A DNA stretch of 64,000 nucleotides from a bacterium. Lineage in GTDB: Bacteria; Hinthialibacterota; Hinthialibacteria; Hinthialibacterales; Hinthialibacteraceae. Below are positions 1 through 10,620 of this stretch, in pieces. The DNA is taken from assembly GCA_963662285.2 (NCBI GenBank), contig CAXXMV010000002.1, positions 512,001-576,000 of the forward strand. The letters run 5' to 3'. Under the pieces are notes generated by a model. That model did not search any database, was not told the origin of the DNA, and worked only from the letters and a program-made list of their open reading frames with translations. Both the position numbers and the translations under genes were made by a program. The first letter of the stretch is position 1; every line of letters starts with the position of its first letter.

Positions 1-197
1 GGTTTAACAGATGACTATTGATTTGGACGAGAGGATATGATATAAAGGCAATATCGTTATCTATATAAGATTGATATTTTCGGAAGATTTTTTCCCGTTG
101 GATTCAAGAATTGGTCATTTGGAGTGGATGGATTGTTTCATTAAGATAGTGACTTTGTTTGAGCCGATTGGTTGTAATTACATATTGGAGGAGAACG

Positions 198-1427
198 ATG
201 TCAGTCGTCACTTTTTTCTGTGGCTCATATTGTAATGGGAAAGATATCGCTAAGCGCACAGCGCAAGAACTGGGATACGTCTTCACCAAAAAAGAGATTC
301 TTGAGAACGCTTCAGCTCAATACCAGGTTTCCTATGATAAACTGGAGCGAGCGTTGCATGGGGCCACTTCTTTACTGAATAGCGTGACTCAGGAGCGGGA
401 AAAATGCGTGGCTTATATTAAAGCCGCTTTAGCAGAGTATTTAAAAAAAGACGGTTTTGTCTATTGTGGTTACGCCGCCCATCTATTGCCTAAAACGCTT
501 AATCATGTTCTCCGGGTTTGCGTCGTCGCGGACCGCGACTATCGGATCAGGCAGGCCATGGAGATCAGTTCGCTGACTGAAAAACAGGCCGTTCAACAGA
601 TCGAACGCGATGACGAACTGCAGTGTCAATGGACCCAATATCTGTTCGATACCGGTCCGTGGGATCGAAAACTATACGACATCAAGATACCTCTTCATAC
701 CATGAGCGTCGACGACGCCGTTGCGTTGATTTGCGAAAACGTCCGGAAAGAGACGCTTCAAACCACCATTGCTTCGCAGCAGGCCGTCGACGATTTTATC
801 CTCTCCTCGAAAGTGAATATCGCTCTGATCGAAAAAGGTTACATTGTTGATACGAGCTGTGATGCCGGGCAGATTATCATCACGATCAACAAATTCACCT
901 GGCGTTTGGAGCGGATGAAAGCAAAACTCACCGAAATTGCTCATACCGTGCCGGGTGTAACCGATGTAGTAACCCGCATCGGGCCTCATTTCGACCGTCC
1001 CCGGATTTCTCCACTCGACTTCGAAGTTCCTTCTCAGGTGTTGTTAGTTGACGATGAGAAGGAATTTGTTTTGACTCTATCCGAACGCCTTAAGATGAGA
1101 CAAATTCCATCTCAAGTGGTTTACGATGGGGAAGCCGCTCTGTCGTTCGTCAAAGATGAAGAACCGGATGTGATTGTGCTAGACTTGAAGATGCCGGGGA
1201 TACAGGGAATGGACGTTTTACGACAGGTAAAGCGGGATCATCCCAACATCGAAATCATCATTCTAACAGGGCATGGTTCTGAGAAGGACGAAGAACTGAC
1301 CCGCGACCTGGGCGCCTTCGCATACTTACAGAAACCGGTTGATATCGATAAACTGGCCGAAACCATGAAGGCCGCATACGAAAAAATTCAAAAGCAAGCA
1401 ATCTCACAGTCAGATACCGAATCCTGA
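198..1427 (+). CDS. Cytidylate-kinase-like domain + BON-like domain + C-terminal receiver (REC) domain protein
   Basis: ATG at 198 after GGAGGAG. N-terminus resembles the cytidylate kinase-like family but the P-loop is degenerate (FCGSYCNGKDIA). C-terminal REC motifs LLVDDE, VLDLKMPG, LTGHG, QKP. Confidence 0.8.
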   Translation: MSVVTFFCGSYCNGKDIAKRTAQELGYVFTKKEILENASAQYQVSYDKLERALHGATSLLNSVTQEREKCVAYIKAALAEYLKKDGFVYCGYAAHLLPKTLNHVLRVCVVADRDYRIRQAMEISSLTEKQAVQQIERDDELQCQWTQYLFDTGPWDRKLYDIKIPLHTMSVDDAVALICENVRKETLQTTIASQQAVDDFILSSKVNIALIEKGYIVDTSCDAGQIIITINKFTWRLERMKAKLTEIAHTVPGVTDVVTRIGPHFDRPRISPLDFEVPSQVLLVDDEKEFVLTLSERLKMRQIPSQVVYDGEAALSFVKDEEPDVIVLDLKMPGIQGMDVLRQVKRDHPNIEIIILTGHGSEKDEELTRDLGAFAYLQKPVDIDKLAETMKAAYEKIQKQAISQSDTES

Positions 1428-1453
1428 TTCGCATAGGGCTATCATCCAACCTC

Positions 1454-3181
1454 ATGAACATTTGGCAATGGCTGTGGAAAAAAATTATTCTGGATGGAGA
1501 ATTGGAATCTCTCGAAGGTGGAGATCAAGTCGTACGTTACCACCGTCTGTGGCGCCGTTCTGTTCTGATGCTGTCGACATTTTGCCTGCTTCCGTTGTTT
1601 ATCATGACCGCTGCGAATTACTATCAATACCGCCAGGCAATGCATCAGCAAATGATTCAGCCGATTTATCGGCAAACGTCTAATATGAAGCGGTCATTGG
1701 CTTTTCTGTTGGAAGAACGGCGTTTTGCGCTGAATTTCCTCGTCCGGGAAAGATCGTTTCAGGAATTAACCGATCAGAAGAAATTGGGGGAGACGTTGAA
1801 GCATCTCACCCAGACGTTTGGTGGTTTTGTCGATCTGGGCTTGATCGATTCCAAGGGGCATCAGATTTCCTATGCTGGTCCCTATGATCTGATGGGCAAG
1901 AATTACGCCGAACAGGACTGGTTCCATGAACTGGTATTACGGGGGGCCTTGGTCAGCGATATGTTCAAGGGGTATCGGAATTTTCCTCATTTTGTTATCG
2001 CTGTGAAATGCGACGATCATTCCGAATCGTTTTTCGTATTGCGTGCTACTGTGGATATGGATATTTTACACCAGAGAATCCGGGCGCTCTCCCTGCCGCC
2101 ATCCAGCGATGCGTTTTTGATCAATCGTGATGGCGTTTTCCAGACCCCATCGCGCTTTTACGGGAACGTCATGGAGCAATGCCCATTTGAAATCCCTCCT
2201 CTCTCCGAATCGACCGAAATTATCGAAGACGCCTTTCTTGACGATCACCCATACATTTTAGCCTATTCCTATATTCAACAATCGCCATTCATATTCATAG
2301 CCATATCCGATCCTTCAGAGTTGCAAAAAAACTGGTTTGCTTTACGGCGCGAACTGCTTGTTTTCTTGATCATCAGCATAATCATTATTTTGACCTTGAT
2401 TATTGCCACCTCCACTTATCTGGTGTCACGGATTCGCGATGCCGATCAAAAACGGAATCATCTGTTTCACGAAATGGAATACACCAATAAAATGGCGTCT
2501 ATCGGTCGGCTCGCTTCCGGCGTGGCGCACGAAATCAACAACCCACTGGCTATCATCTATGAAAAAACCGGTCTGCTTAAAGACCTGCTTTCTATGGATA
2601 ATGACTTTCCCCATAAAGACCGGATTATTCGTTTCGCCGATTCGATAACGTCTTCCGTCGAAAGGTGCCGGACAATTACCCATCGAATGCTTGGTTTCGC
2701 TAAACATATGGATATACAGATGGAATCTGTCGATTTGACTCTATTAATTCAAGAAGTTCTTGGGTTTTTGGAAAAAGAGGCGCATTATCGTAAAGTTACA
2801 ATTTCTATTAAAACGTCAGATGATTGCCCCATGATCCAAAGCGACCGTGGACAGCTGCAACAGGTTTTCCTCAATATTATCAACAACGCCTTTGCTGCTG
2901 TCGTCGATGGTGGACGAATCGATATCGAGTTGAAATCTGTGGATCAATCCAATGTGTCAATCACGATTATTGATAACGGGTCCGGTATTCCAAAAGAATA
3001 TCTCACACATATCTTCGAGCCGTTTTTTACGACGAAAAAGAATTATGGAACCGGTTTAGGATTGTCTATTACCTATGGAATCGTAGCGAAACTTGGAGGG
3101 CGGATTACGGTTGATAGCATCGTCGGCGAGGGAACGACCTTTACAGTAACCTTGCCTGTAATGAAAACAATTATTGGTTGA
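1454..3181 (+). CDS. Membrane sensor histidine kinase with Cache-type periplasmic domain
   Basis: Two TM helices flank a periplasmic region. H-box VAHEINNPL, N-box NIINNA, G-boxes DNGSGI, FEPFFTTK, GTGLGL. Confidence 0.92.
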   Translation: MNIWQWLWKKIILDGELESLEGGDQVVRYHRLWRRSVLMLSTFCLLPLFIMTAANYYQYRQAMHQQMIQPIYRQTSNMKRSLAFLLEERRFALNFLVRERSFQELTDQKKLGETLKHLTQTFGGFVDLGLIDSKGHQISYAGPYDLMGKNYAEQDWFHELVLRGALVSDMFKGYRNFPHFVIAVKCDDHSESFFVLRATVDMDILHQRIRALSLPPSSDAFLINRDGVFQTPSRFYGNVMEQCPFEIPPLSESTEIIEDAFLDDHPYILAYSYIQQSPFIFIAISDPSELQKNWFALRRELLVFLIISIIIILTLIIATSTYLVSRIRDADQKRNHLFHEMEYTNKMASIGRLASGVAHEINNPLAIIYEKTGLLKDLLSMDNDFPHKDRIIRFADSITSSVERCRTITHRMLGFAKHMDIQMESVDLTLLIQEVLGFLEKEAHYRKVTISIKTSDDCPMIQSDRGQLQQVFLNIINNAFAAVVDGGRIDIELKSVDQSNVSITIIDNGSGIPKEYLTHIFEPFFTTKKNYGTGLGLSITYGIVAKLGGRITVDSIVGEGTTFTVTLPVMKTIIG

Positions 3182-3187
3182 CGAATT

Positions 3188-3562
3188 ATGAAATCTTATA
3201 GCGTCTTACTTGTCGATGACGAAGCGGAACTGGTCTATACCCTGGCCGAACGGCTTGTATTCCGGGGGATTGATACAGCTGCGGTTACAGATGGAAATGC
3301 CGTTTTAAACATCTTGGATCAACGGGAATATGATATCATTGTTTTGGATGTCATTATGCCTGGTTTGAATGGGATTGAATTGATGAAAACGATTAAGCAG
3401 AATCACCCCAAAATCCAGGTTATCCTTCAAAGTGGTCGGGGTACACAAGAAGAGAGTATAGAAGGTTTGCGCGAAGGCGCATTCGATTATCTCGTTAAGC
3501 CTGTCGATATCGACATGTTAATCAAGAAAATGGATCAAGCCATGGAATTATCAAATCGGTGA
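3188..3562 (+). CDS. Single-domain response regulator
   Basis: LLVDDE, VLDVIMPG, SG and KP receiver motifs; 124 aa with no output domain. Confidence 0.92.
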   Translation: MKSYSVLLVDDEAELVYTLAERLVFRGIDTAAVTDGNAVLNILDQREYDIIVLDVIMPGLNGIELMKTIKQNHPKIQVILQSGRGTQEESIEGLREGAFDYLVKPVDIDMLIKKMDQAMELSNR

Positions 3563-3569
3563 CTGTAAT

Positions 3570-4229
3570 ATGGTTTTGAATGATGGGAATATTTATTACG
3601 GCCAGATGACAGCTAGTATTTCGCACGATATTAATAACGTTCTGGCGATAGTGAACGAACTGGCCGGCCTTCAAAGCGATCTGCTTTACGCGCTTGAAGA
3701 CGGAGGTGATATTGATCCTCAACGGTTTGCAAAAGCTGCAGAAGACATTCAAAAACAAGTGCAGCGGGGCAAGGCAATAATCAATCGCTTAAACCGCCTG
3801 GCGCACAGTGTTGATGATCCAATCTCTGAATTTGATCTGATGACCGTTCTCGTAGATACAGTGGAAATCGCCCAACGGCTGGCCGCAATCCGGGGAGTAA
3901 AACTTAATTGCAATCAGGATAATCAGCTTACCGTCAACAGCAATCGTTTTATTGTTCAACAAGGAGTGTTTGCTTGTCTTGCAATAGCTTATTCGTCTTT
4001 AAACGCTGGCAGTGCAGTCAATATTGATAGCGGGATTTACGAAGCGGTGGTTGAGATTCGCATGACCTCCGATTCTCCAGGCAACGCTGAAAACCTAGGT
4101 GACCGTCTTCTAGTCTTGTCCCGCATGATTGATATAATAAAAGGTAAGGTTGAACAGGTTATGCTCGGTGGTGATCAGTTATCCTTGGTGCTTTCCTTTC
4201 CTCATCACATTACTGCATTAACCGGATAG
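3570..4229 (+). CDS. HisKA-domain protein with degenerate ATPase domain (possible phosphotransferase)
   Basis: H-box ISHDINNVL is present; no recognisable N, G1, F or G2 boxes follow. Confidence 0.7.
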   Translation: MVLNDGNIYYGQMTASISHDINNVLAIVNELAGLQSDLLYALEDGGDIDPQRFAKAAEDIQKQVQRGKAIINRLNRLAHSVDDPISEFDLMTVLVDTVEIAQRLAAIRGVKLNCNQDNQLTVNSNRFIVQQGVFACLAIAYSSLNAGSAVNIDSGIYEAVVEIRMTSDSPGNAENLGDRLLVLSRMIDIIKGKVEQVMLGGDQLSLVLSFPHHITALTG

Positions 4230-4278
4230 TCGGGATCAACCGCTTGCATTCGTTCATATATCAAAATGGAGTCTGGCG

Positions 4279-4710
4279 ATGACGCAAACCAAAGTGTTGC
4301 TAGTTGATGACGAAATCGATTTCACAAAAGTGCTCTCTCAACGCCTCGAAGCCAGAGGTCTTGACGTTGATATTGCAGAAAACGGAGTCCGGGCATTGGA
4401 GATGGTCCAGCAGGATAATTATGATATTATTCTTCTCGATTTGCGTATGCCGGAAATGGATGGTTTAGAAACCTTGAAAAGGTTACGGGAAGAACGGCCA
4501 GACTTACATGTGGTTTTGCTAACCGGCCAAGGCGATCTGAAGAGCGGTGTTGAAGCGATGAAACTGGGCGCGACCGATTTTATGGAAAAACCAGCGGATA
4601 TCAAAGAAATTATGGAAAAGATCAATGATGCCAAAACGCAAAAAGCCATCCTGGCCGAAAAGATCGTTGAAGAAAGCATTCAACAAATATTAGGAACAAA
4701 AGGCTGGTAA
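4279..4710 (+). CDS. Single-domain response regulator
   Basis: LLVDDE, LLDLRMPE, LTGQG and EKP motifs; GGAG RBS. Confidence 0.92.
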   Translation: MTQTKVLLVDDEIDFTKVLSQRLEARGLDVDIAENGVRALEMVQQDNYDIILLDLRMPEMDGLETLKRLREERPDLHVVLLTGQGDLKSGVEAMKLGATDFMEKPADIKEIMEKINDAKTQKAILAEKIVEESIQQILGTKGW

Positions 4711-4740
4711 AACAGGCCTTTCTTTGGAAGGATTAAACTG

Positions 4741-5274
4741 ATGGAAACAAAGCGGGCTAAAGACTTGATGATTCCACTGGAAAAATACCCGCATATTCCT
4801 TGCTGGTATACTCTCTTGCAAGCGATGGAGGAGATGGAAAAGCACCAGATTGAATTTCATGGACGAAAATCGTTGCCACGAGCCATGCTGGTTTTCGATC
4901 TGGATTCCAGTCTCAGAGGCATCATTCGTCGACGTGATATTCTTCGCGGTCTCGAGCCGGATTTCCTAACGGCCAATCCCTTTCAATACAGCAAGAAATT
5001 GTTCGACGTTGAGATCGACCCCAATCTGATTAACTTATCCTATGATAATATGATCGATGAATTTAAAAAACGGGCTGAACGACCCGTAACCGACGTAATG
5101 CTGCCTTCTGAAGTAACTGTCAATTACATGGATCACATTATGAAAATCATCTACTTGATCGTTAAGAACAATCGCAGCCTACTCCCGGTTATCAAAGACA
5201 ACCTTGTCGTCGGGGTTGTACGTTCGGTTGAAGTCTATCGTGAGATCACGCATGCATTTATGAAAAACGAGTAA
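4741..5274 (+). CDS. CBS-domain pair protein
   Basis: AKDLMIP...LRGIIRRRDIL and VTDVMLP...LPVIKDNLVVGVV are CBS-type repeats. Confidence 0.82.
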   Translation: METKRAKDLMIPLEKYPHIPCWYTLLQAMEEMEKHQIEFHGRKSLPRAMLVFDLDSSLRGIIRRRDILRGLEPDFLTANPFQYSKKLFDVEIDPNLINLSYDNMIDEFKKRAERPVTDVMLPSEVTVNYMDHIMKIIYLIVKNNRSLLPVIKDNLVVGVVRSVEVYREITHAFMKNE

Positions 5275-5404
5275 CCGCAATCCTAAAGATATATGTATAA
5301 ATATGTTATTATTCAAATCACTTTAATTCAATTAAACAAATGGGATGAATGTCCAATTCATAGGGAACCAATACAGTCATAGTATACGAGAGACCTAAAC
5401 GCCA

Positions 5405-6910
5405 ATGAAGAATAATCATTCTCAAGCAGGTTTTTCCTCTTCCTCCAGGACGTATTTAAGCGTAAAAGTTAAACGTTTTGATTGGAAACGATTGATTTTT
5501 ATATTAACGGGACTTGTTTTGTATTGGATAGTTAGTTGCTGTGATCAATTGCCCGATGCAATCGATCCTCAAGGGGAGGTATTTCAACTTACCAGTGAAG
5601 GACGGGGGGCGTTAGCGCTTTTTTTACTCACCGCGACGTGGTGGGTTTTCGAAGTTATTCCCATTGGCGTTACCAGTATTATGGTTGGAGTAATGCAATC
5701 GCTGTTTGGCATCCGAGACGCTTCGACCGCCTTTAACGATTTCATGGATCCATCGGTCATGTTCATTTTCGCGTCTATCGTGATCGGTCTGGTGTTCACC
5801 AAAACGGGACTGACCAAACGTATGGCTTACAAAATGCTGACCCTGGTCGGGGAACGCACCAGTATGATTTACCTGGGTTGTTTCGTATTAACGGCGTCGC
5901 TTACGTTAATCATGGCTCATACCGCAGTAGCGGCGACAGTCTTCCCTTTGTTAATGGCCATCTACGCGCTGTATAAAGAGGACGATAAACCGACCCGTTT
6001 CGGTAAAGGTTTATTCATAGGTATGGCATTTACCGCCGGAGCAGGTAGTATTATCACCTTGCTGGGCGCGGCGCGAGGAGCGGTCGCCATCGGATTCTAC
6101 CGGCAAATGACAGGTCAGGAAATTTCTTTTTTCGAACTGAGTTATTATATGTTTCCCATTGGTTGGGTAATAGTTCTTCTGCTCTGGGGATTTTTCATGA
6201 TCTTTTACCGGCCCGAACGTAGTACTATTCCAGGACTTCGCAAACGGGCGCAATCCTTATACGCCAGCCTGGGACCAGTTTCGTTTATCGAAATCCTTAC
6301 TTTGGGAATCGTCACTTGCACGGTTTTAACCCTCAGTTTTAGGTCGTTCATCCCCACTTCGTATGAGATCAATAAAACAGCGATTATTCTGGTATCGACG
6401 GTTCTTTTTTTCCTCTGTAAAATATTAACGGTTGAGGATCTAGAACAAATTCCCTGGAATATCATTCTTCTTTTCGGCGGAGCGATGAGTATAGGGTATT
6501 GTCTGGATCAGACCGGAGCAGCCAAGTGGCTGGCCGTCCATTGGCTGGGAATGTTCCAGGAATCGCACTGGTTTATTTTTGTGTTGGGAATCGCCTTCTT
6601 CGTTTTAGTGATGACAAACCTGATTATGAATGTAGCGGCGATAGCCATTACGATTCCCGTCGCCATGGCTATTGCGGAGTATTTGCATGTTGCGCCCGAA
6701 ATCATTTTGTTCGCCTGCCTGGTGACGGCGGGTATGCCGTTTCTATTCCTGATTGGGGCGGCGCCTAACGCCATCGCCTACGAAAGCAAGCAGTTCACTT
6801 CTGGAGAGTTTTTCCTCGCCGGAATTCCCGCCAGCATCTTGTTGATGATTGTTTTGGCGGTTTTTATATGGTTTATTTGGCCGATGATGGGCATGCCGAC
6901 TACGGTATGA
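5405..6910 (+). CDS. SLC13/DASS family Na+-coupled anion (dicarboxylate/sulfate) transporter
   Basis: Polytopic membrane protein with WVFEVIP, IPWNIILLFGGA and GAAPNAIAY motifs typical of DASS transporters. Confidence 0.88.
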   Translation: MKNNHSQAGFSSSSRTYLSVKVKRFDWKRLIFILTGLVLYWIVSCCDQLPDAIDPQGEVFQLTSEGRGALALFLLTATWWVFEVIPIGVTSIMVGVMQSLFGIRDASTAFNDFMDPSVMFIFASIVIGLVFTKTGLTKRMAYKMLTLVGERTSMIYLGCFVLTASLTLIMAHTAVAATVFPLLMAIYALYKEDDKPTRFGKGLFIGMAFTAGAGSIITLLGAARGAVAIGFYRQMTGQEISFFELSYYMFPIGWVIVLLLWGFFMIFYRPERSTIPGLRKRAQSLYASLGPVSFIEILTLGIVTCTVLTLSFRSFIPTSYEINKTAIILVSTVLFFLCKILTVEDLEQIPWNIILLFGGAMSIGYCLDQTGAAKWLAVHWLGMFQESHWFIFVLGIAFFVLVMTNLIMNVAAIAITIPVAMAIAEYLHVAPEIILFACLVTAGMPFLFLIGAAPNAIAYESKQFTSGEFFLAGIPASILLMIVLAVFIWFIWPMMGMPTTV

Positions 6911-7046
6911 CCTTTTAAGATTCGGATCAAACCATAAATATCGTAATAAACACGCTTTCTGGATATTGCGTACTCGCATGGAATTGATCTTTGCCTGATC
7001 ATCTACAATTATTGATGCGGACAATTAAACAATCTGTTGACGCATC

Positions 7047-7166
7047 TCAAACAATTCCCTTATGATCTGATTTTTCTCTCTTTTCTTTCCGCTTCTCTTT
7101 TGGGGTTTGCTTGCTCTTTTTCTGTACTTCTCGTTTGCCTTTATCTCTTTTTCCCTTGTCACCCAT
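7047..7166 (-). CDS. Small Lys/Arg-rich protein (39 aa), absent from the ORF track
   Basis: GAGG RBS 5 nt before the ATG. Translation MGDKGKRDKGKREVQKKSKQTPKEKRKEKREKSDHKGIV*. Upstream TATAAT at 7240-7235. Confidence 0.75.
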   Translation of the reverse strand: MGDKGKRDKGKREVQKKSKQTPKEKRKEKREKSDHKGIV

Positions 7167-7465
7167 TATGGCCTCTTTTCTTTTCTAGAAATTACTTAAG
7201 CTAATAAATATATAGTTCTTATATCCCTATGTTCATTATAGCCGTATATTGAAATTATTACTATTTATATTAGTTTGGGCATTAAGATCAGGGAAAAATC
7301 ACAATTAATGACTACGTAACAAGAGGATTTAATGGATAAATAAACTCTAACAACGATTGATTCCACCTTACGAAATAGAAGGTTTCCCTTATTTTAAAAA
7401 GATAAAGGCAATCTGCTTGGATCGTATATTGGAAGGCTACTACTGTTTTCAAGATGATATACATT

Positions 7466-7924
7466 TCACAAAAGTAGTAGTTCATGCAAAGCAAGTTCTT
7501 TAATGCGGTTGGCTAGCAGGGGGATTTCTTCTTCGACTTTTGGCGAAAATCCTTCACCCAATCCAAAATCCTCTCCGCATATAGCTGAGAGGAATGCTTT
7601 TGGTTGTTTACCATATAGGCTTTGTGATAATGATAGTAAAACTGAGGGATTTATATGATGGGTGAATGCGCTGGAAGTGATGGTCTCGGCTTCCAGTTCT
7701 CTTATGGAAGATGCGCCAGGTTCTCCGCCTTCCTCTGCATCAACGAATATAACAACTCTAGCCCGGCTTAATTCTTCCGCCAAATCGGGAGTTAATTGGT
7801 GATAGGCGTCGGCTTCAATATGGTCATTATACAGATTTTTTTCTATCCACTCCACAATTTCCCAACCGGCGCCATCATCTCTCCTTAGCGGATTGCCATA
7901 CCCTATAATCAAGACGTTCGGCAT
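7466..7924 (-). CDS. hoxW: Hydrogenase maturation protease
   Basis: IIGYGNPLRRDDGAG, FVDA and THH motifs; directly downstream of hoxH. Confidence 0.88.
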   Translation of the reverse strand: MPNVLIIGYGNPLRRDDGAGWEIVEWIEKNLYNDHIEADAYHQLTPDLAEELSRARVVIFVDAEEGGEPGASSIRELEAETITSSAFTHHINPSVLLSLSQSLYGKQPKAFLSAICGEDFGLGEGFSPKVEEEIPLLANRIKELALHELLLL

Positions 7925-9348
7925 TAGTCTCTTTGAACCTGATCGACAATAATTCCATCTCTATCAATCAGTTGAATCTGCATCTGCATTTTTCCAAGTG
8001 AATGAGTTGAACAGCTTAAGCATGGATCGAAGGCGCGAATCACTGCTTCAACGCGATTCAACATTCCTTCTTTAAGTTTATTGCCATCCACAAAGTGCTT
8101 GGCTACTTGCAGGACGCCGCGATTCATAGCCAGGTTATTGTGTCCGGTTGCTATAATCAGGTTGGCATGAGTCATTAAACCATCTTCGTTTACTTTGTAA
8201 TGATGAATCAATGTACCGCGCGGCGCTTCAGATATTCCGACGCCTTCCAAATTATTCGTCCCGGCGAATGCTCTGACGCGCTTGCTTAAGATATCAGGAT
8301 CTTCGAGCAGAATTTGTATTTTTTCCAAGGCGTAAAGAATCTCAATTAATCTCGCATAATGATAATGGAACGAACTAAGCACTACGCCGCGTCCTAAGGC
8401 GCGAAATTCAGCCCATTCCTGGTTGGCTAATGGAGTGCCGCAACTTTCGATTACATTAAGTCTGGCTAATGGTCCAACGCGATAGATTCCTTCTGGATAT
8501 CCGGTTGGTTTATAATAAGGGAATTTCAGGTATGTCCAGGGTTCAACCGCTTCGCCAATATAATCTGAATACTTACTGGCTTTTTTCATATCGGCAACAA
8601 TCCTACCCGATGCATCAACAAAGCGTAGTTTGCCATCGTAGTGCGCCAGTTCGTTTGCCGGATTGACTAATGCCATAAAGAGCGAAGGGAAATTAGCAAA
8701 AGTTCTGGTCTCTTCATGGTAATCATCCAGCGACCGCTTAAACCATTCCAGGGTTTTTTGTATAACGGTTAGCGCATCGGGAATTCCATCAAGAATATGG
8801 TCGCGTAATTCAACCGACAAAGGCTCGTTAACGCCTCCAGGAACCACCCAGGCGGGATGGATTCTTTTGCCGCCCAGCGACTGAATAATTTCTTGTCCGA
8901 ATTTTCTTAAATAAACGCCGTCTTTGGCGATTTCTGGAAATTTATTAAGCAGACCAATGACATTACGGTCTTTGGGATCAGCGTCCATTCCCAAGAGGAA
9001 ATCAGGTGACGACAGATGAAAGAAACTCAAAGCATGGGATTGTACGATCTGAGCGAGATTCATCACTCTTCGTAAATTGGCCGCCGTCTCTGGAATGGAG
9101 ACCGCTAATATTGCGTCGCACGCTTTGGCGGAAGCCATCAAATGACTTACCGGACAGATGCCGCATATTCGAGCCATCAAAGAAGGCATTTCTGCAAATG
9201 GACGCCCTTCGCAAAATTTCTCGAACCCACGAAACTGGGTTACATGAAACATGGCGTCATCAACATGTCCCTCGTCATTGAGATGAATGGTGATTTTGGC
9301 ATGTCCTTCAATGCGTGTTACGGGATCAATTACGAGTTGCTTCCCCAT
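7924..9348 (-). CDS. hoxH: Bidirectional [NiFe]-hydrogenase large subunit (group 3d)
   Basis: RIEGH, L1 motif [11 protein letters not shown]2 motif DPCLSCSTH followed by a cleavable C-terminal extension. Confidence 0.96.
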   Translation of the reverse strand: MGKQLVIDPVTRIEGHAKITIHLNDEGHVDDAMFHVTQFRGFEKFCEGRPFAEMPSLMARICGICPVSHLMASAKACDAILAVSIPETAANLRRVMNLAQIVQSHALSFFHLSSPDFLLGMDADPKDRNVIGLLNKFPEIAKDGVYLRKFGQEIIQSLGGKRIHPAWVVPGGVNEPLSVELRDHILDGIPDALTVIQKTLEWFKRSLDDYHEETRTFANFPSLFMALVNPANELAHYDGKLRFVDASGRIVADMKKASKYSDYIGEAVEPWTYLKFPYYKPTGYPEGIYRVGPLARLNVIESCGTPLANQEWAEFRALGRGVVLSSFHYHYARLIEILYALEKIQILLEDPDILSKRVRAFAGTNNLEGVGISEAPRGTLIHHYKVNEDGLMTHANLIIATGHNNLAMNRGVLQVAKHFVDGNKLKEGMLNRVEAVIRAFDPCLSCSTHSLGKMQMQIQLIDRDGIIVDQVQRD

Positions 9349-9359
9349 GCTCTCTTCTC

Positions 9360-9893
9360 CTAAAGGCCAAAGCGTGTTATATCGCTCAGGTCGGGAATTC
9401 GTCCTTCAATCAGTTCACATAAAGCGTGATATATAACATCCGCCGGCGGAGGGCATCCTGGTATGAATACATCCACCGGGACAATCTCACGTATTGGGCG
9501 GGCGCGAGGCAGCAATGCGGGAATCAAGGTATTGGGATGCATAGGATTTAGGTCGGCGTTCTCTTCATAGGCTCGTTCCATAATCGCTGGTACGCCGAAT
9601 TGATTCCGCATAGCCGGGACGTTAGCCGTAACAGCGCAGTCGCCCAATGCTACAAGAATTTTGCTCCTCTTGCGTAACTTTTGTATTTTTTTCAAATCAT
9701 CTTCATTACTGACCGCTCCTTCAACAAGGGCCAGATCAAGATTTTTGGGAATGGACTTAAAATCAACCAGTGGACCATAGAGAATATCAATATTTTCGGC
9801 CAAATCAATCAGGCGTTCATCTATATCCAGCAGCGACATGTGGCAGCCGGAGCAGCCATCCAGCCAAGTGGTTGCAACACGCAGTTTTGTCAT
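9360..9893 (-). CDS. hoxY: [NiFe]-hydrogenase small subunit
   Basis: [15 protein letters not shown] and PGCPP cysteine motifs. Confidence 0.95.
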   Translation of the reverse strand: MTKLRVATTWLDGCSGCHMSLLDIDERLIDLAENIDILYGPLVDFKSIPKNLDLALVEGAVSNEDDLKKIQKLRKRSKILVALGDCAVTANVPAMRNQFGVPAIMERAYEENADLNPMHPNTLIPALLPRARPIREIVPVDVFIPGCPPPADVIYHALCELIEGRIPDLSDITRFGL

Positions 9894-10609
9894 TCCTTTT
9901 CCTCCCGCATGATCGTCAAATAGGGCAAAAATTCTTGCTGTTTGGCCATTTCAGACGCCGACTTTCCTTTTTCAACCAATGCGCCGGTCGGACAGACATG
10001 GACGCACTTCCCGCACCCGGTGCAGGTTTCTGACGTGCCCCAGGGCTGATTCAGGTCGCAAATAATTCTGGTATCAACGCCGCGTCCCATCACATCCCGC
10101 GTATGAGCGCCTTCAATCTCAGCGCATACTCTTACGCAACGGGTGCATAAAATGCATCGGTTATGGTCCATGATAAACCGGTCATGCGAGGCGTCCACTT
10201 CCAGATTGGGGAAACGGTATGGGACGTGAATATGGGTCATACCCAGTTTTTGGGTTAGAGACTGTAACTCGCAATGACCATTTGATACGCAAACCGAGCA
10301 GACATGATTCCGTTCTGAAAAAATCAATTCAAGAATAGTGCGTCGATAACGAGTCAGGCGATCTGATTTAGTAATTATCTGAACGCCTTCTTCTACTTTA
10401 GTGACGCATGCCGGATAAAGTTTAGGACGACCGGCAATCTCCACCATGCACAACCGACAGGCGCCGACTGGCGTTAATCCATCGACATGGCACAAAGTAG
10501 GGATAAAAATACCGTTTTCCTTCGCCACAGTGAGAATCGACTCGTCTTCACGAGCGCTCACATCACGGTCATCAATCCGGAATGTAAATATGCGAACCTT
10601 AGAGCTCAT
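9890..10609 (-). CDS. hoxU: Diaphorase Fe-S subunit
   Basis: 2Fe-2S motif (PTLC...GACRLC...PAC), HxCxxCxxxxxC, and two 4Fe-4S motifs CILCTRC and CTGCGKC. Confidence 0.94.
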   Translation of the reverse strand: MSSKVRIFTFRIDDRDVSAREDESILTVAKENGIFIPTLCHVDGLTPVGACRLCMVEIAGRPKLYPACVTKVEEGVQIITKSDRLTRYRRTILELIFSERNHVCSVCVSNGHCELQSLTQKLGMTHIHVPYRFPNLEVDASHDRFIMDHNRCILCTRCVRVCAEIEGAHTRDVMGRGVDTRIICDLNQPWGTSETCTGCGKCVHVCPTGALVEKGKSASEMAKQQEFLPYLTIMREEKE

Positions 10610-10620
10610 CAATGGTCTCC

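Noticed and set aside
7924-9893. Selenocysteine-containing hydrogenase
   Set aside because: All ligands are Cys and there is no in-frame TGA.
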